A DNA stretch of 64,000 nucleotides from an uncultured bacterium (GTDB lineage Bacteria; Chlamydiota; Chlamydiia; Chlamydiales; VFKH01), in assembly GCA_964630595.1 (NCBI GenBank), contig CAZVVT010000001.1, positions 248,575 through 312,574 of the forward strand, written 5' to 3'. Positions 44,941 through 54,490 of the stretch are shown here, one piece after another. Made by a program: the position numbers and the translations under genes. Position 1 is the stretch's first letter. Each line of letters opens with the position of its first letter. Under the pieces are notes generated by a model. The model was not told the origin of the DNA, made no database searches, and saw only the letters and a program-made list of their open reading frames with translations.

Positions 44941-46476
44941 ATGCAAGAGCTACTATTCAACGTCGAGTCCAAAGAATTGCGACTCGCTCACCTCAAAAAC
45001 GGCCAACTTTGGGACCTCGTTGTTGAACGAAAGGCAACCCGCCAGCTAACCGGCAATATCTACCGCGGCCGCGTTACCAACGTCCTGCATAACATCCAAT
45101 CCGCCTTTATCGACATCGATGAGGGAGAAAGTGGTTTCATCCATATCTCCGACATCTTGGAGAACACCAAGAAGTTCGAAGAGATGTTTGACATGGACTT
45201 CGACCTGGACTACGACATCTCTGAAGCCAACATCACAAAGCCGAAAAACATCGAAGATGTGCTCAAAAGCGACCAGCCCGTGCTGGTCCAGGTCGTCAAG
45301 GAACCCATTGGAACCAAAGGGGCCCGCCTTACCTCCAACATCTCCATTGCCGGCCGCTTCCTCGTCTTGCTTCCCAACTCCCCCCACCGCGGCGTATCGC
45401 GCAAGATTGAAGGACGCGGCGCTCGCGAACGCCTCAAAAAATTCCTACGCACCCTTGAGATGCCCAAAGAGATCGGTCTGATCTGCCGCACAGCCAGCGC
45501 GGAGGCCGACACCGACAGTCTAATCGCCGAAGCACAAGAGCTCTATAAATCCTGGCAGAGCATTGTGGAGGGGTTTAACAAAGAGACGCGTCCGGTTTGT
45601 CTCTTTGAAGAATCCGATCTCATCAAAAAAGCGGTGGTACTCGCCGTCGACAAGAAGCTGGAACGCATCCTCGTGGATGACCGCGACATCTTCCAGACCA
45701 TGAAGCGCCTCTTCACCAAATACGAAAAAGAGCACCCGCTCAAGATCGAGCTCTACCGCGACAAGATTCCGATGTACGACCGCTTCAACGTCGAGCGCGA
45801 AATTGCGCGCTGCTTGAAGCACAAGATCTGGCTGCAAAGCGGCGGCTATCTCTACTTCCAGCGCACGGAGGCGATGTACACCATCGACGTTAACTCCGGC
45901 CGCAGTGCGCAGAAAACCACGAGCGACGTAGAAGAAGCCCTCGTGCAGATTAACATGGAGGCTGCGGAAGAAATTGCCCGTCAGTTGCGCATCCGCAACG
46001 TCGGAGGCCTGGTGATCGTCGACTTCATCGACATGCGTTCACGCAAGAACCAAAAACGCGTTCTTGAGCGTCTGCGCGATTCGATGAAGGAAGATTCGGT
46101 CAAATGCACCATTCTTGGCATGAGCGAATTTGGGCTGGTGGAGATGACGCGCCAGAGAAGCCGCCAATCTCTCGAACAAACTCTTTTTGAGGACTGTCCT
46201 TACTGCAACGGCATGGGTCAAATCAATTCCATGAGCACAACAGCCATTGAAATCGAGCGTGCTTTGAGCAAAGTGATCCTCTCGGGAGAACACTATGCGC
46301 TGCGACTTGACGTACATCCAAAAATGCTCAAATTCCTCGAAGAAGAGGACAAAACGCACCTTCTCAAAGCAGCTGACAGAATGAATGCTCGCCTCGAGCT
46401 CGCAGCAGATGAGGGTCTGCATATCAACGACTGGCAGTTTTTCTCCACCACTTCAGGAAAGCCCATTGATGTTTGA
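44941..46476 (+). CDS. rng: ribonuclease G/E family (Rng/CafA)
   Basis: S1 domain GNIYRGRVTNVLHNIQSAFIDIDEGESGFIHISD, DNase I-like and Zn-link regions (VDVNSGR, CPYCNG). Confidence 0.92.
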   Translation: MQELLFNVESKELRLAHLKNGQLWDLVVERKATRQLTGNIYRGRVTNVLHNIQSAFIDIDEGESGFIHISDILENTKKFEEMFDMDFDLDYDISEANITKPKNIEDVLKSDQPVLVQVVKEPIGTKGARLTSNISIAGRFLVLLPNSPHRGVSRKIEGRGARERLKKFLRTLEMPKEIGLICRTASAEADTDSLIAEAQELYKSWQSIVEGFNKETRPVCLFEESDLIKKAVVLAVDKKLERILVDDRDIFQTMKRLFTKYEKEHPLKIELYRDKIPMYDRFNVEREIARCLKHKIWLQSGGYLYFQRTEAMYTIDVNSGRSAQKTTSDVEEALVQINMEAAEEIARQLRIRNVGGLVIVDFIDMRSRKNQKRVLERLRDSMKEDSVKCTILGMSEFGLVEMTRQRSRQSLEQTLFEDCPYCNGMGQINSMSTTAIEIERALSKVILSGEHYALRLDVHPKMLKFLEEEDKTHLLKAADRMNARLELAADEGLHINDWQFFSTTSGKPIDV

Positions 46477-47431
46477 AGAAGAATTACAACAACACATCGA
46501 GACTGGACGCATCCCTGCGCATACAGGCGCGATTCTCCTTGCCTTCTACAAGGACTTCATTCGCGCCATTGGCGATGATGCCACAGCATTCTTTCTGCCC
46601 CTTCTTGATCGCATCGAGGCGCAGATTCGCTCTCCCTACCAGTTCGAACCCTTCCACAAGGCCATTACCGCCCCCTTCAATTACCAAAAGATGGGCATTG
46701 ATCTCATGGGTCGCCTCATCGGCCCCGGATCCTCTGTGCAAGGCGATGTCGACCTCATCGAATCCCTCCTCAAAAAGGGCGACAACGTCATTCTGCTCTC
46801 CAACCACCAGACGGAGACCGACCCGCAGATCATGCTGCGCCTGCTTGAAACACACCCCTATCTGATTGATCAGCTCATTTTTATCGCTGGAGAAAAGGTA
46901 GTCACCGATCCCGTCGCCGTTCCCTTTAGCCTCGGCTGTAACCTCATCTGCATCTACTCCCGCCGCCACATCGACCACGACCCGGCCACTAAAGCAGAAA
47001 AGCTCGAGCATAACCACAAAACCATGCGCCGCCTCGCCGAACTCCTCGACGAGGGCTCTAAGTGTATCTGGGTGGCCCCCTCCGGCGGCCGCGACCGCCT
47101 CGGCCCCTCCGGCAAACCCGCCCTCGCCCCCTTCGATCCCCCCGTGATCGAAATGCTGCGCCTCATCGCCCTGCGCAGCCACCGCAAGACCCACTTCTTC
47201 CCCCTCGCCCTCTTCACCTTCGACATCCTCCCCCCACCCCCTTCCGTCGAAAAGGGCATCGGCGAGCAGCGCTCTGCAAAAAAATCCCCCGCCCACCTCC
47301 ACTTCGGCCATGAGCTCGACCTTACAGCCCTCGGTGAGGGCATCGCCGACAAACATGAACGCCGCGCCCACGTCGCCAACCTCGTCTGGAAAGAGGTGCA
47401 GCGCCTCTACGAGCAGTTAGAGCAACTCTAA
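46469..47431 (+). CDS. plsB: glycerol-3-phosphate acyltransferase, plant plastid (ATS1)-type as in chlamydiae
   Basis: LLSNHQTETDPQIM (the H(X)4D acyltransferase motif in its plastid-GPAT context) and WVAPSGGRDR. Start at Met29, an 8-nt overlap with rng. Confidence 0.85.
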   Translation: MFEEELQQHIETGRIPAHTGAILLAFYKDFIRAIGDDATAFFLPLLDRIEAQIRSPYQFEPFHKAITAPFNYQKMGIDLMGRLIGPGSSVQGDVDLIESLLKKGDNVILLSNHQTETDPQIMLRLLETHPYLIDQLIFIAGEKVVTDPVAVPFSLGCNLICIYSRRHIDHDPATKAEKLEHNHKTMRRLAELLDEGSKCIWVAPSGGRDRLGPSGKPALAPFDPPVIEMLRLIALRSHRKTHFFPLALFTFDILPPPPSVEKGIGEQRSAKKSPAHLHFGHELDLTALGEGIADKHERRAHVANLVWKEVQRLYEQLEQL

Positions 47432-47491
47432 ACTTCTTACATTGCAACATGCTCCAACAGCCAAATGAGCTTATTTGCGACTTCATTCTTA

Positions 47492-47513
47492 ACTGAAATT
47501 TGCCTATTTCAGT
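47492..47513. terminator. AT-rich hairpin between convergent genes (possible bidirectional terminator)
   Basis: ACTGAAAT-TTGCCT-ATTTCAGT, an 8-bp stem. The flanking T/A runs are weak. Confidence 0.3.
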
Positions 47514-47525
47514 CATTTGGGTTGT

Positions 47526-47732
47526 CTACTCGTCAACCCACTCTAGGATATCCCCCGGCTGGCACTGCAGAGCCTTGCAGAGGGCATCAAGAGTGGAAAA
47601 GCGAATGGCTTTCGCTTTTCCTGTTTTCAGAATCGAGAGATTCTGCTCCGAAAGATCAATCATTTTGGCCAAATCTTTCGAGCGCATTTTGCTCTTAGCA
47701 AGCTGTACATCCAAGTTCACAATAATTGCCAT
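47526..47732 (-). CDS. XRE/Cro-type helix-turn-helix transcriptional regulator (YozG-like)
   Basis: 68 aa. MRSKDLAKMIDLSEQNLSILKTGKAKAIRFSTLDALCKALQCQPGDILE. Confidence 0.85.
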   Translation of the reverse strand: MAIIVNLDVQLAKSKMRSKDLAKMIDLSEQNLSILKTGKAKAIRFSTLDALCKALQCQPGDILEWVDE

Positions 47733-47735
47733 GAT

Positions 47736-48314
47736 CTACACCGTAAATTGCTGTTCTTCATTCATGATCGCAGCACGCTGCCAGATCGTGGAAATCAAGA
47801 TGATGAACAATGCGATGAAGATCACTGTAAAATCCATCTCATTCAAGCTGACAATGAGAGAAATCGTTCGCTGACCAATCGGATTTAGAATCGTAAGAAC
47901 CAAGACACTAAGCATATTCCAGACTGGATGAAGCGCCTCCCAAAGAAGCAATAACCAACCACATTTTCGCAGCAATTGTACATTGCGCACTTCGAAGAAG
48001 TGCCCCTGATTAAACAGCTTCATCAGCTTCCACAGACAAACTCCCATCACAATCAATACCGATTGCAATCCTGCTGTGAACGCAAAATGTGCAGCGATCT
48101 GCCATCCAGCTAAATCCCGGAAAGCAGGAATCGAGATATTTTCCGTAAAAGGCAGTACTTGCGATGAAATCCAAGTAGGACTCAACTTGATCCAACTGCC
48201 CCAGACAGCCAGTGCGGGATCAAAAAGGGTCGAAATCACCCCCGTGATCACGGCTACAGCCCCTGCAATTAAAAGCGCCTTCAGCACTCCTGTTAAACGT
48301 TTAATTTTGTTCAT
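47736..48314 (-). CDS. DUF2975-like membrane protein (usual partner of YozG-type HTH)
   Basis: A 4-5 TM protein directly upstream of the HTH gene (3-nt gap). GGAGG lies 5 nt before the ATG at 48314 (MNKIKRL). Confidence 0.55.
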   Translation of the reverse strand: MNKIKRLTGVLKALLIAGAVAVITGVISTLFDPALAVWGSWIKLSPTWISSQVLPFTENISIPAFRDLAGWQIAAHFAFTAGLQSVLIVMGVCLWKLMKLFNQGHFFEVRNVQLLRKCGWLLLLWEALHPVWNMLSVLVLTILNPIGQRTISLIVSLNEMDFTVIFIALFIILISTIWQRAAIMNEEQQFTV

Positions 48315-48415
48315 TTGAACCTCCATACTCAATATATTATCGAATATCGATCATTAATACAAGCATTTCGATAAAAACATGCCATTTTCAAGGAAAGAGT
48401 TTACTGTCTATCCCG

Positions 48416-49723
48416 ATGATTCTGCGTTGGTTATGTCTTATTCTTCTCTCTCCTTTAACTGCAGAGATGCAGACGGGCTGGATTGAGGTTTGCTCGGGCA
48501 AGGGCCAGCTCTTTTACACGGCGTACACCAAGGATGAACCGAATCGACCCATCACCTTCTGCTTTAATGGCGGGCCGGGCAGCTCCTCGCTGTGGCTCCA
48601 TCTCTATGCTCTGGGGCCGCAGCGCATGGCCCATCCACATGAGCTAGTCTCAACAGCGGCTCCTTATCACTGGGTGGAAAACAAAAACTCCATCTTCGAT
48701 CTCACTGATTTGGTCTTCATCGATCCCATCGGAACCGGCTATAGCCGCACTGCCGAAGGGGTCGATCCAGCGCAGTTCTGGAGGGTAGACGAAGACATCG
48801 AATGCTTTGCTGACTTCATCCACAACTACCTCTCGCTACACCAGCGTTGGCTCTGTCCGAAATTTTTGGCGGGAGAAAGTTACGGCACCACGCGAGCGGC
48901 GGGACTAGCTGCAGCTTTGCAAGAAGAGCGCGGCATCTTCCTCAATGGCCTCATCCTCATCTCTCCCTGCATCGATTTTTCCTCCATCGATCTCTCTATC
49001 TTCGAGATGGGTAATGACAGCTTTTCCCCTCCCGCCCTTCTTCTGCCCTCTCTTGCTGCCACAGCGTGGCATTGGGGCCTGCTTTCTCACGACCGCTCTC
49101 TTTACGAAACAGTGGCAGAGGCCAGGGAGTTTGCTGAGACCGATTACCTCTGCGCACTTCTGCAGGGAGCCGAAGGGGCTTCGGAAATTTGTGAAAAGGT
49201 GGCTCATTTTTCTGGCCTTCCCTATGCCCTTGTGCACGCCCTTCAAGGCCGCATCCCACTCGATTTCTACCGGCGCGCTCTCTTGAGCCCCAAGCAGTGC
49301 ATTCTAAATGTGCACGACAGCCGATTAGTAGGCCCGCCCACCACGCTGGGCGCTGCCGTCGCAACCGGCAACGCCTACTTTCACCAGAGGGCTCCCTACA
49401 TCGACTTCTCCGATCAGGCGGCTGCACACTGGAAGTGGCCCTCCTTCCAAACCCCCAACTTTCTAGCGCCCTTGCGTCGCGGCCTGCTCTTGAACCCCGA
49501 TCTTCATCTCTTTGTCGGCTGTGGCTATTTCGACCTCGTCACCCCCTTCGCTGCAGCAGAAGCCTCTTTTAAGCAACTCAAGCTCCCCTTAGAAAACCGT
49601 CTGGAATACCACCTCTACGAAGCAGGTCACGCTTTCTATCTCACCGCCGGCATCCATGACCAATTCAAGCAAGACTTGACCACCTTTTATAAAAACGCGC
49701 TAACACCGATAGTGGCCAAATAG
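48416..49723 (+). CDS. serine carboxypeptidase, peptidase family S10
   Basis: Signal peptide, then FCFNGGPGSSSLW and the catalytic-Ser block LAGESYGT. C-terminal ...YEAGHAFY (His). Confidence 0.8.
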   Translation: MILRWLCLILLSPLTAEMQTGWIEVCSGKGQLFYTAYTKDEPNRPITFCFNGGPGSSSLWLHLYALGPQRMAHPHELVSTAAPYHWVENKNSIFDLTDLVFIDPIGTGYSRTAEGVDPAQFWRVDEDIECFADFIHNYLSLHQRWLCPKFLAGESYGTTRAAGLAAALQEERGIFLNGLILISPCIDFSSIDLSIFEMGNDSFSPPALLLPSLAATAWHWGLLSHDRSLYETVAEAREFAETDYLCALLQGAEGASEICEKVAHFSGLPYALVHALQGRIPLDFYRRALLSPKQCILNVHDSRLVGPPTTLGAAVATGNAYFHQRAPYIDFSDQAAAHWKWPSFQTPNFLAPLRRGLLLNPDLHLFVGCGYFDLVTPFAAAEASFKQLKLPLENRLEYHLYEAGHAFYLTAGIHDQFKQDLTTFYKNALTPIVAK

Positions 49724-50908
49724 ATGAAACGCACCTTCGCCATCGCCCTTTTTGTTGCCTTTGTCGACTTCATAGGACTCGGCCTTATTTACCCTCTCTT
49801 TTCCTCCCTCTTCTTCAACGACCACTGCCTGTTCTTTGCCTGCGACACCTCGCGTGAAGTACGCGGCTATTGGCTAGGCCTCTTTTTCGCCCTCGATCCT
49901 TTGGCGCAGTTCTTCTCCGGTCCCATCTGGGGGACTCTCTCTGACAGTCGCGGAAGAAAAAGCCCCCTTATATGGGGTATGAGCATCGCGCTCTTCGGAT
50001 ACCTAATTGCAATGGGAGCTATGTGGGTCGGCAGTCTGACTCTCCTTCTCCTCTCTCGCATCATTGTTGGCCTGGGCACCGGCAACCGAGCCATCATACA
50101 GGCGGTGGTGTCGGACATCAGCTCCGAGAAAGTGAAGGCAAAAAACTTCGGTCTCTACAACATGGCCCTCGGCGCAGGATTCACCCTCGGCCCCTTCTTC
50201 GGCGGATACTTTGCCACTTTTGGCTACACAGTCCCCTTTCTCTTTGCCACTGCCTTAACCACTCTCAATCTCTTCTTTGTACATTTACTTTTCCGCGAAA
50301 CTCTCCAGCACCTCACACCACAAACCCTTTCCTGGCACATGGGGCTGGTGCATTTAAAAAAAGCGCTGCACTTCAAAGGCATTCGTCGTCTTTTCTGTGC
50401 CATCTTCCTTTACGCACTTGGCTGGGCCTATTTCTTCGAGTTTACCCCCCTCTTCCTTTTTTCTCGTTGGCACTTCACAGCAGAGCAGGTGGGCTATTTC
50501 TTCGCCTTCGTAGGAATCTGCTACGCTCTCAGCACCGGGCTGCTAATTCGCCCCTTCGTACGCTATTTCTCATCAAAAACTCTTTTATTTTTCGGGCTTC
50601 TTTGCACTGGCCTCACCATTTGGACCCTCCCCTTTGTTTCCTCTGATTTCTGGTTTTGGCCCTGCATCGCTCTGCTCACTTTCTTCGTCGGTTTTATAGG
50701 CCCCGCCAGCAACACGCTCATCTCCGACAAAACCAGCCGCAACATCCAGGGAGAGGCTTTCGGCATTCTCGGCTCTGTCAATGCAGCCGGCTACATCCTC
50801 GGCCCCTTCCTTGCCGGCTTTATTGCCGGAGGCCACCCCATCTTTCCCATGTTCATCGGCGGTAGCGCCCTCGTTTTAGCCGCACTCATTATGAGTGCTA
50901 AGGAATAG
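49724..50908 (+). CDS. MFS transporter (drug:H+ antiporter/TetA-like)
   Basis: GTLSDSRGRK motif A, 12 TM. Its start abuts the S10 stop. Confidence 0.8.
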   Translation: MKRTFAIALFVAFVDFIGLGLIYPLFSSLFFNDHCLFFACDTSREVRGYWLGLFFALDPLAQFFSGPIWGTLSDSRGRKSPLIWGMSIALFGYLIAMGAMWVGSLTLLLLSRIIVGLGTGNRAIIQAVVSDISSEKVKAKNFGLYNMALGAGFTLGPFFGGYFATFGYTVPFLFATALTTLNLFFVHLLFRETLQHLTPQTLSWHMGLVHLKKALHFKGIRRLFCAIFLYALGWAYFFEFTPLFLFSRWHFTAEQVGYFFAFVGICYALSTGLLIRPFVRYFSSKTLLFFGLLCTGLTIWTLPFVSSDFWFWPCIALLTFFVGFIGPASNTLISDKTSRNIQGEAFGILGSVNAAGYILGPFLAGFIAGGHPIFPMFIGGSALVLAALIMSAKE

Positions 50909-50934
50909 CAAATTTGCTTTATACTCCCAGCCTT

Positions 50935-53736
50935 ATGCGAATCTTCCTCATCCTTGTAGCGCTCGCGCTCTCCTCATTCACCTCACTCGTCGATCAGAAT
51001 ACTCTGACCATCGACAGCCCCAGCTTTGCCGATGTGAAGACCGCAAAGATTGAGCTCGCCAATGGGCTGCAAGCCTACCTCGTCTCCGACCCCCATCTCG
51101 ACAAGTCGGGTGCAGCTCTCGTGGTAGGAGCGGGCAGCATCGATGACCCCGACAACGCTTTAGGACTGGCCCACTTTACCGAACACATGCTCTTCATGGG
51201 GACAGAGAAGTATCCCAGCGTGGACGACTATGACCACTATATCTTTTCCCACGGTGGAGCGATGAATGCCTCCACATGGAGCGATCGCACAGCCTACGCT
51301 TTCACCATCTCTAATGAGGCCTTTGAAGGAGCCCTGGACCGCTTTAGTCAATTCTTTATCTCCCCTATTTTCGCCCCTTCTACTCTCTCGAAAGAGATGC
51401 ACGCCGTCAACCAAGAGAACGAAAAATACAAAGAGGACGACCCGCGCAGACAAGAGCTGGTGATTACTCTGGGACTCAACCCAGCCAGCCCCGCCTCACG
51501 TTTTAGTGTGGGCACGTTGGACACCTTGGGCAAAGTCTCTCAAGAAGACCTCCATAAATGGTGGTCGCAGCATTATGGCGCACAGACAATGCGCTTGGTG
51601 GTCTATTCCACCCTGCCGCTGGACCAGCTACAGACCCTTGTAGAGGCAGATTTTTCCGCCATTCAGCCCGCAGGAGATATTCCAGCAAGCTTTGGGCCTC
51701 TTTTCGGCGAGCAAAAGGGCAAACTCTTTGTGATTCAACCACAGCAGGGCACTTCTGCTGTCACTTTCTACTTCGACACAGAGCGCACCTATCTGCCTCA
51801 AGCGCGCTTGCTCGCAGCAGCGCTGAGCGACGAGACAAAAAGCTCCTATGCAGGGCAATTGATCGATCGCGGCTGGGTCATCGATGCCTCCGTCGATGTG
51901 CAACCCGTACGCGACCGTCTCTTGGTCGCTCTCTCTCTCGACCTCTCTCCCGAAGGGGTGAAGCATTGGCAGGATATTGTCTCTGCTACGGAGCAAACGT
52001 TGACGGCACTGCAAGAAAATGGTCTCTCTAAGGCCTACTTCGACCTGCAAGATAAGAGCGCGCGCCTGCTCTACCAATGGCAGCCCAAGCAGGAGCTCTT
52101 CGGGCAATTGATGCAAGAAGCCTATGCTTTGGGAGATGAACCCATGCTGAGCTTTCCTGAAAATAGCGTTCTTATCCCCAGCTACGACCCGGCTGCATTT
52201 CACGACATGATGAAGTCTTTCCACCTATCGCAATCGATGGTTGCGTTGATGGCCGATGGCCTTGTCGATACGAAAAAAGCCCTGCAAGACCCCTGGTATC
52301 ACACGCTCTACCAAGTCACCACTCTTCCTCCCCTCAAACCAAACGTAATTGCTCCTCCAACAGTTGCTGAAAGCAATCCCTATCTTCCAGAAGAACTTGT
52401 CGTGGAATCCCTTCCTCAACTCACCGAGCCGAAGAAGATCATCGACCGCAAAGGGCTCACTGTCTATTGGATGCCCGACAACCAATTCCACACACCGCAA
52501 ACAGCCGCCCTCATCCGCTTGCGCCCTGAGCGCTGCGATAGCTTGGGAGCACGCTCCGATGCGCTGCGCGATGTCGCTGTGCAAATGGCCACTGTGCGCG
52601 CCACTAATGACACCTACTTAGCCACAGAAGCCGGCTCTGCCATTACCTGGGAAAACAAAGATGGTGGCATTGTCATCAATATTTTCGGTTTTTCTCCTGC
52701 CATGGCTCCTACGCTGCACAGTGTTGTTACATCTCTTGTCAACCCTGACAGCACCATCTACAGCGATGCTCGATCCGCCCTTTTACAGAAGTATGCCGAG
52801 CAGGAAAATGATCTTCCCTACAAACAGGGCATTGCTCTGACAAAACAAGTGCTACAAGAAACAAACGCTGCGCCAGCTCGCAAAGCAAAATTTCTCTCCA
52901 AACTCACCTATCCCGGCTGGAAGCGCAACAATGTTTTGGAGGCGGCAAAAATCGAGATCGTCTTCTACGGAAACATCACGGAGCAAGATGCCGCCACGCT
53001 TTCAGAGCAGTTCGCTCGAGAATTGAATGCCCGCCCTTTAAGTAATCAAGAAACTCTTAAGCCCTGCTTCTTTCTCGAGGAAAAAGGCCCCGTCTTGCTC
53101 ACCAAAAAAATCCCTCAACTCGGCAACTTTGCCTGCTTGATTGTGCAAGACCCACAATTTGATCTGAAACGCGAAGCTTCTCTCTACATCGCCTACAACC
53201 TATTGCAAGGCCCCTTCTTCAACACTCTTCGCTCAGAGCAGCAAACCGGCTACGTCACAAAAAGCATCGCCATCGACCGCTGCCAGCGCCTCAACGCGCT
53301 CTACTTTGTGCAATCCACCACCCATAGCCCCCAAGAGCTTCTTTCCCGCTTCGAACTCTTCTTTGAATCCACGCTGCACAATCCGGAACTCTTTTCTTTG
53401 AGTAGCTTTGAGGGCGCGCGCAACGCTTGGGTATCTCAGCTTTCTGCGCCCCCCAAAGACATGCGTGGGGCAGCAAATGAAATTGACAAGATCGTCATCG
53501 AGTACGATGCCGACTTTGCTACCAAAGCAAAACAAATTGAGGCCGCAAAAAACCTTACTCTTGAGGAATTTACTGGCTGGTGCAAAGAGTTCTACGGTCG
53601 CCAAAACACCCACCGCATCGCCCTCCTCCTCCAAGGCCGCATGAGCGGTGACCGCGCCCTTTTCTACCAACCCGTTAACTCCCTAAAAGCCCTACGAGAG
53701 ACCGGTACTTATATTGAGAAGTTAGCTGTTAAGTAA
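50935..53736 (+). CDS. M16 family zinc peptidase (insulinase/pitrilysin-like)
   Basis: HFTEHMLFMGT (the inverted zinc motif HxxEH) and ...NASTWSDRT. ~930 aa with a signal peptide MRIFLILVALALSS. Confidence 0.9.
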   Translation: MRIFLILVALALSSFTSLVDQNTLTIDSPSFADVKTAKIELANGLQAYLVSDPHLDKSGAALVVGAGSIDDPDNALGLAHFTEHMLFMGTEKYPSVDDYDHYIFSHGGAMNASTWSDRTAYAFTISNEAFEGALDRFSQFFISPIFAPSTLSKEMHAVNQENEKYKEDDPRRQELVITLGLNPASPASRFSVGTLDTLGKVSQEDLHKWWSQHYGAQTMRLVVYSTLPLDQLQTLVEADFSAIQPAGDIPASFGPLFGEQKGKLFVIQPQQGTSAVTFYFDTERTYLPQARLLAAALSDETKSSYAGQLIDRGWVIDASVDVQPVRDRLLVALSLDLSPEGVKHWQDIVSATEQTLTALQENGLSKAYFDLQDKSARLLYQWQPKQELFGQLMQEAYALGDEPMLSFPENSVLIPSYDPAAFHDMMKSFHLSQSMVALMADGLVDTKKALQDPWYHTLYQVTTLPPLKPNVIAPPTVAESNPYLPEELVVESLPQLTEPKKIIDRKGLTVYWMPDNQFHTPQTAALIRLRPERCDSLGARSDALRDVAVQMATVRATNDTYLATEAGSAITWENKDGGIVINIFGFSPAMAPTLHSVVTSLVNPDSTIYSDARSALLQKYAEQENDLPYKQGIALTKQVLQETNAAPARKAKFLSKLTYPGWKRNNVLEAAKIEIVFYGNITEQDAATLSEQFARELNARPLSNQETLKPCFFLEEKGPVLLTKKIPQLGNFACLIVQDPQFDLKREASLYIAYNLLQGPFFNTLRSEQQTGYVTKSIAIDRCQRLNALYFVQSTTHSPQELLSRFELFFESTLHNPELFSLSSFEGARNAWVSQLSAPPKDMRGAANEIDKIVIEYDADFATKAKQIEAAKNLTLEEFTGWCKEFYGRQNTHRIALLLQGRMSGDRALFYQPVNSLKALRETGTYIEKLAVK

Positions 53737-53768
53737 TTACTTTATCTGGTATTATCTTTGGGAAGGTT

Positions 53769-54461
53769 ATGCCCAAAATCACTGCCAGAGCACATTACTA
53801 CGATGGCCATGCACGGTTGAAGCCGGTTAGCCCTCAAGCCCGCGCAAGACCTGCGAAGACCCCGTCTCTTTTGCTGCGTCTGATTATGGCTCTCGCGGCT
53901 GCCATTCTCTTTTCCGTGTCAGACGCGAGCCAAACTCCTGTTTTACGTGGAGTCCCCATACCCGCTCAGAACAGCACCATCCCTCGTTTGTGGGAAAGAA
54001 CAGTACCTGCAGCTTGCGTGAACCTACACGGCACCGATCCTTTTACCATTCGTCGCTGCATTCTTGAGCAATTGCCTCGAGCTGTTGTTGCTCATGGAGT
54101 AACAGTGCGCGATGCCGATCGCTGTGGTGCCGGTAGTTTCGATCTCAGGCTATGCCGATCGCTTTCCAGAGCTGCCGCCTTACTCGAAGAGGATATTGTG
54201 GACCAAGGTAGGTATGCTGCTGCCTCCATAGAAGAGGTATCATGGCCCTGGCCCTCAACGGTACCGAGTCTATGTGTTCGCTTTCACGGAGAACCCGATT
54301 CAGCCGGCACATGTATCAGCAAAAAGTTTCATCTGCCTCAAGCTGCTCAAATAGCCACCGAACAAACCGAAACTGCTTGCTACCGCTATGCGGATGCAAG
54401 TACGCGGTGGATGTGCCCTATTTTTGAGAAATCTGTGAAATCGTTACGTTCTAGCCAATAG
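53769..54461 (+). CDS. hypothetical membrane-anchored Cys-rich protein
   Basis: GGGAAGG SD. A basic N-terminus, one TM (LLLRLIMALAAAILFSV), and 10 Cys in the remainder. No known motif. Confidence 0.5.
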   Translation: MPKITARAHYYDGHARLKPVSPQARARPAKTPSLLLRLIMALAAAILFSVSDASQTPVLRGVPIPAQNSTIPRLWERTVPAACVNLHGTDPFTIRRCILEQLPRAVVAHGVTVRDADRCGAGSFDLRLCRSLSRAAALLEEDIVDQGRYAAASIEEVSWPWPSTVPSLCVRFHGEPDSAGTCISKKFHLPQAAQIATEQTETACYRYADASTRWMCPIFEKSVKSLRSSQ

Positions 54462-54490
54462 GTTGGATTTCGAGTAGAATCATTTCCTCT

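Noticed and set aside
44822-45049. A 75-aa ORF in the rng leader region.
   Set aside because: It overlaps the rng start out of frame and has no SD or motif. The 204-nt gap is more plausibly the structured 5' UTR typical of rne/rng genes.
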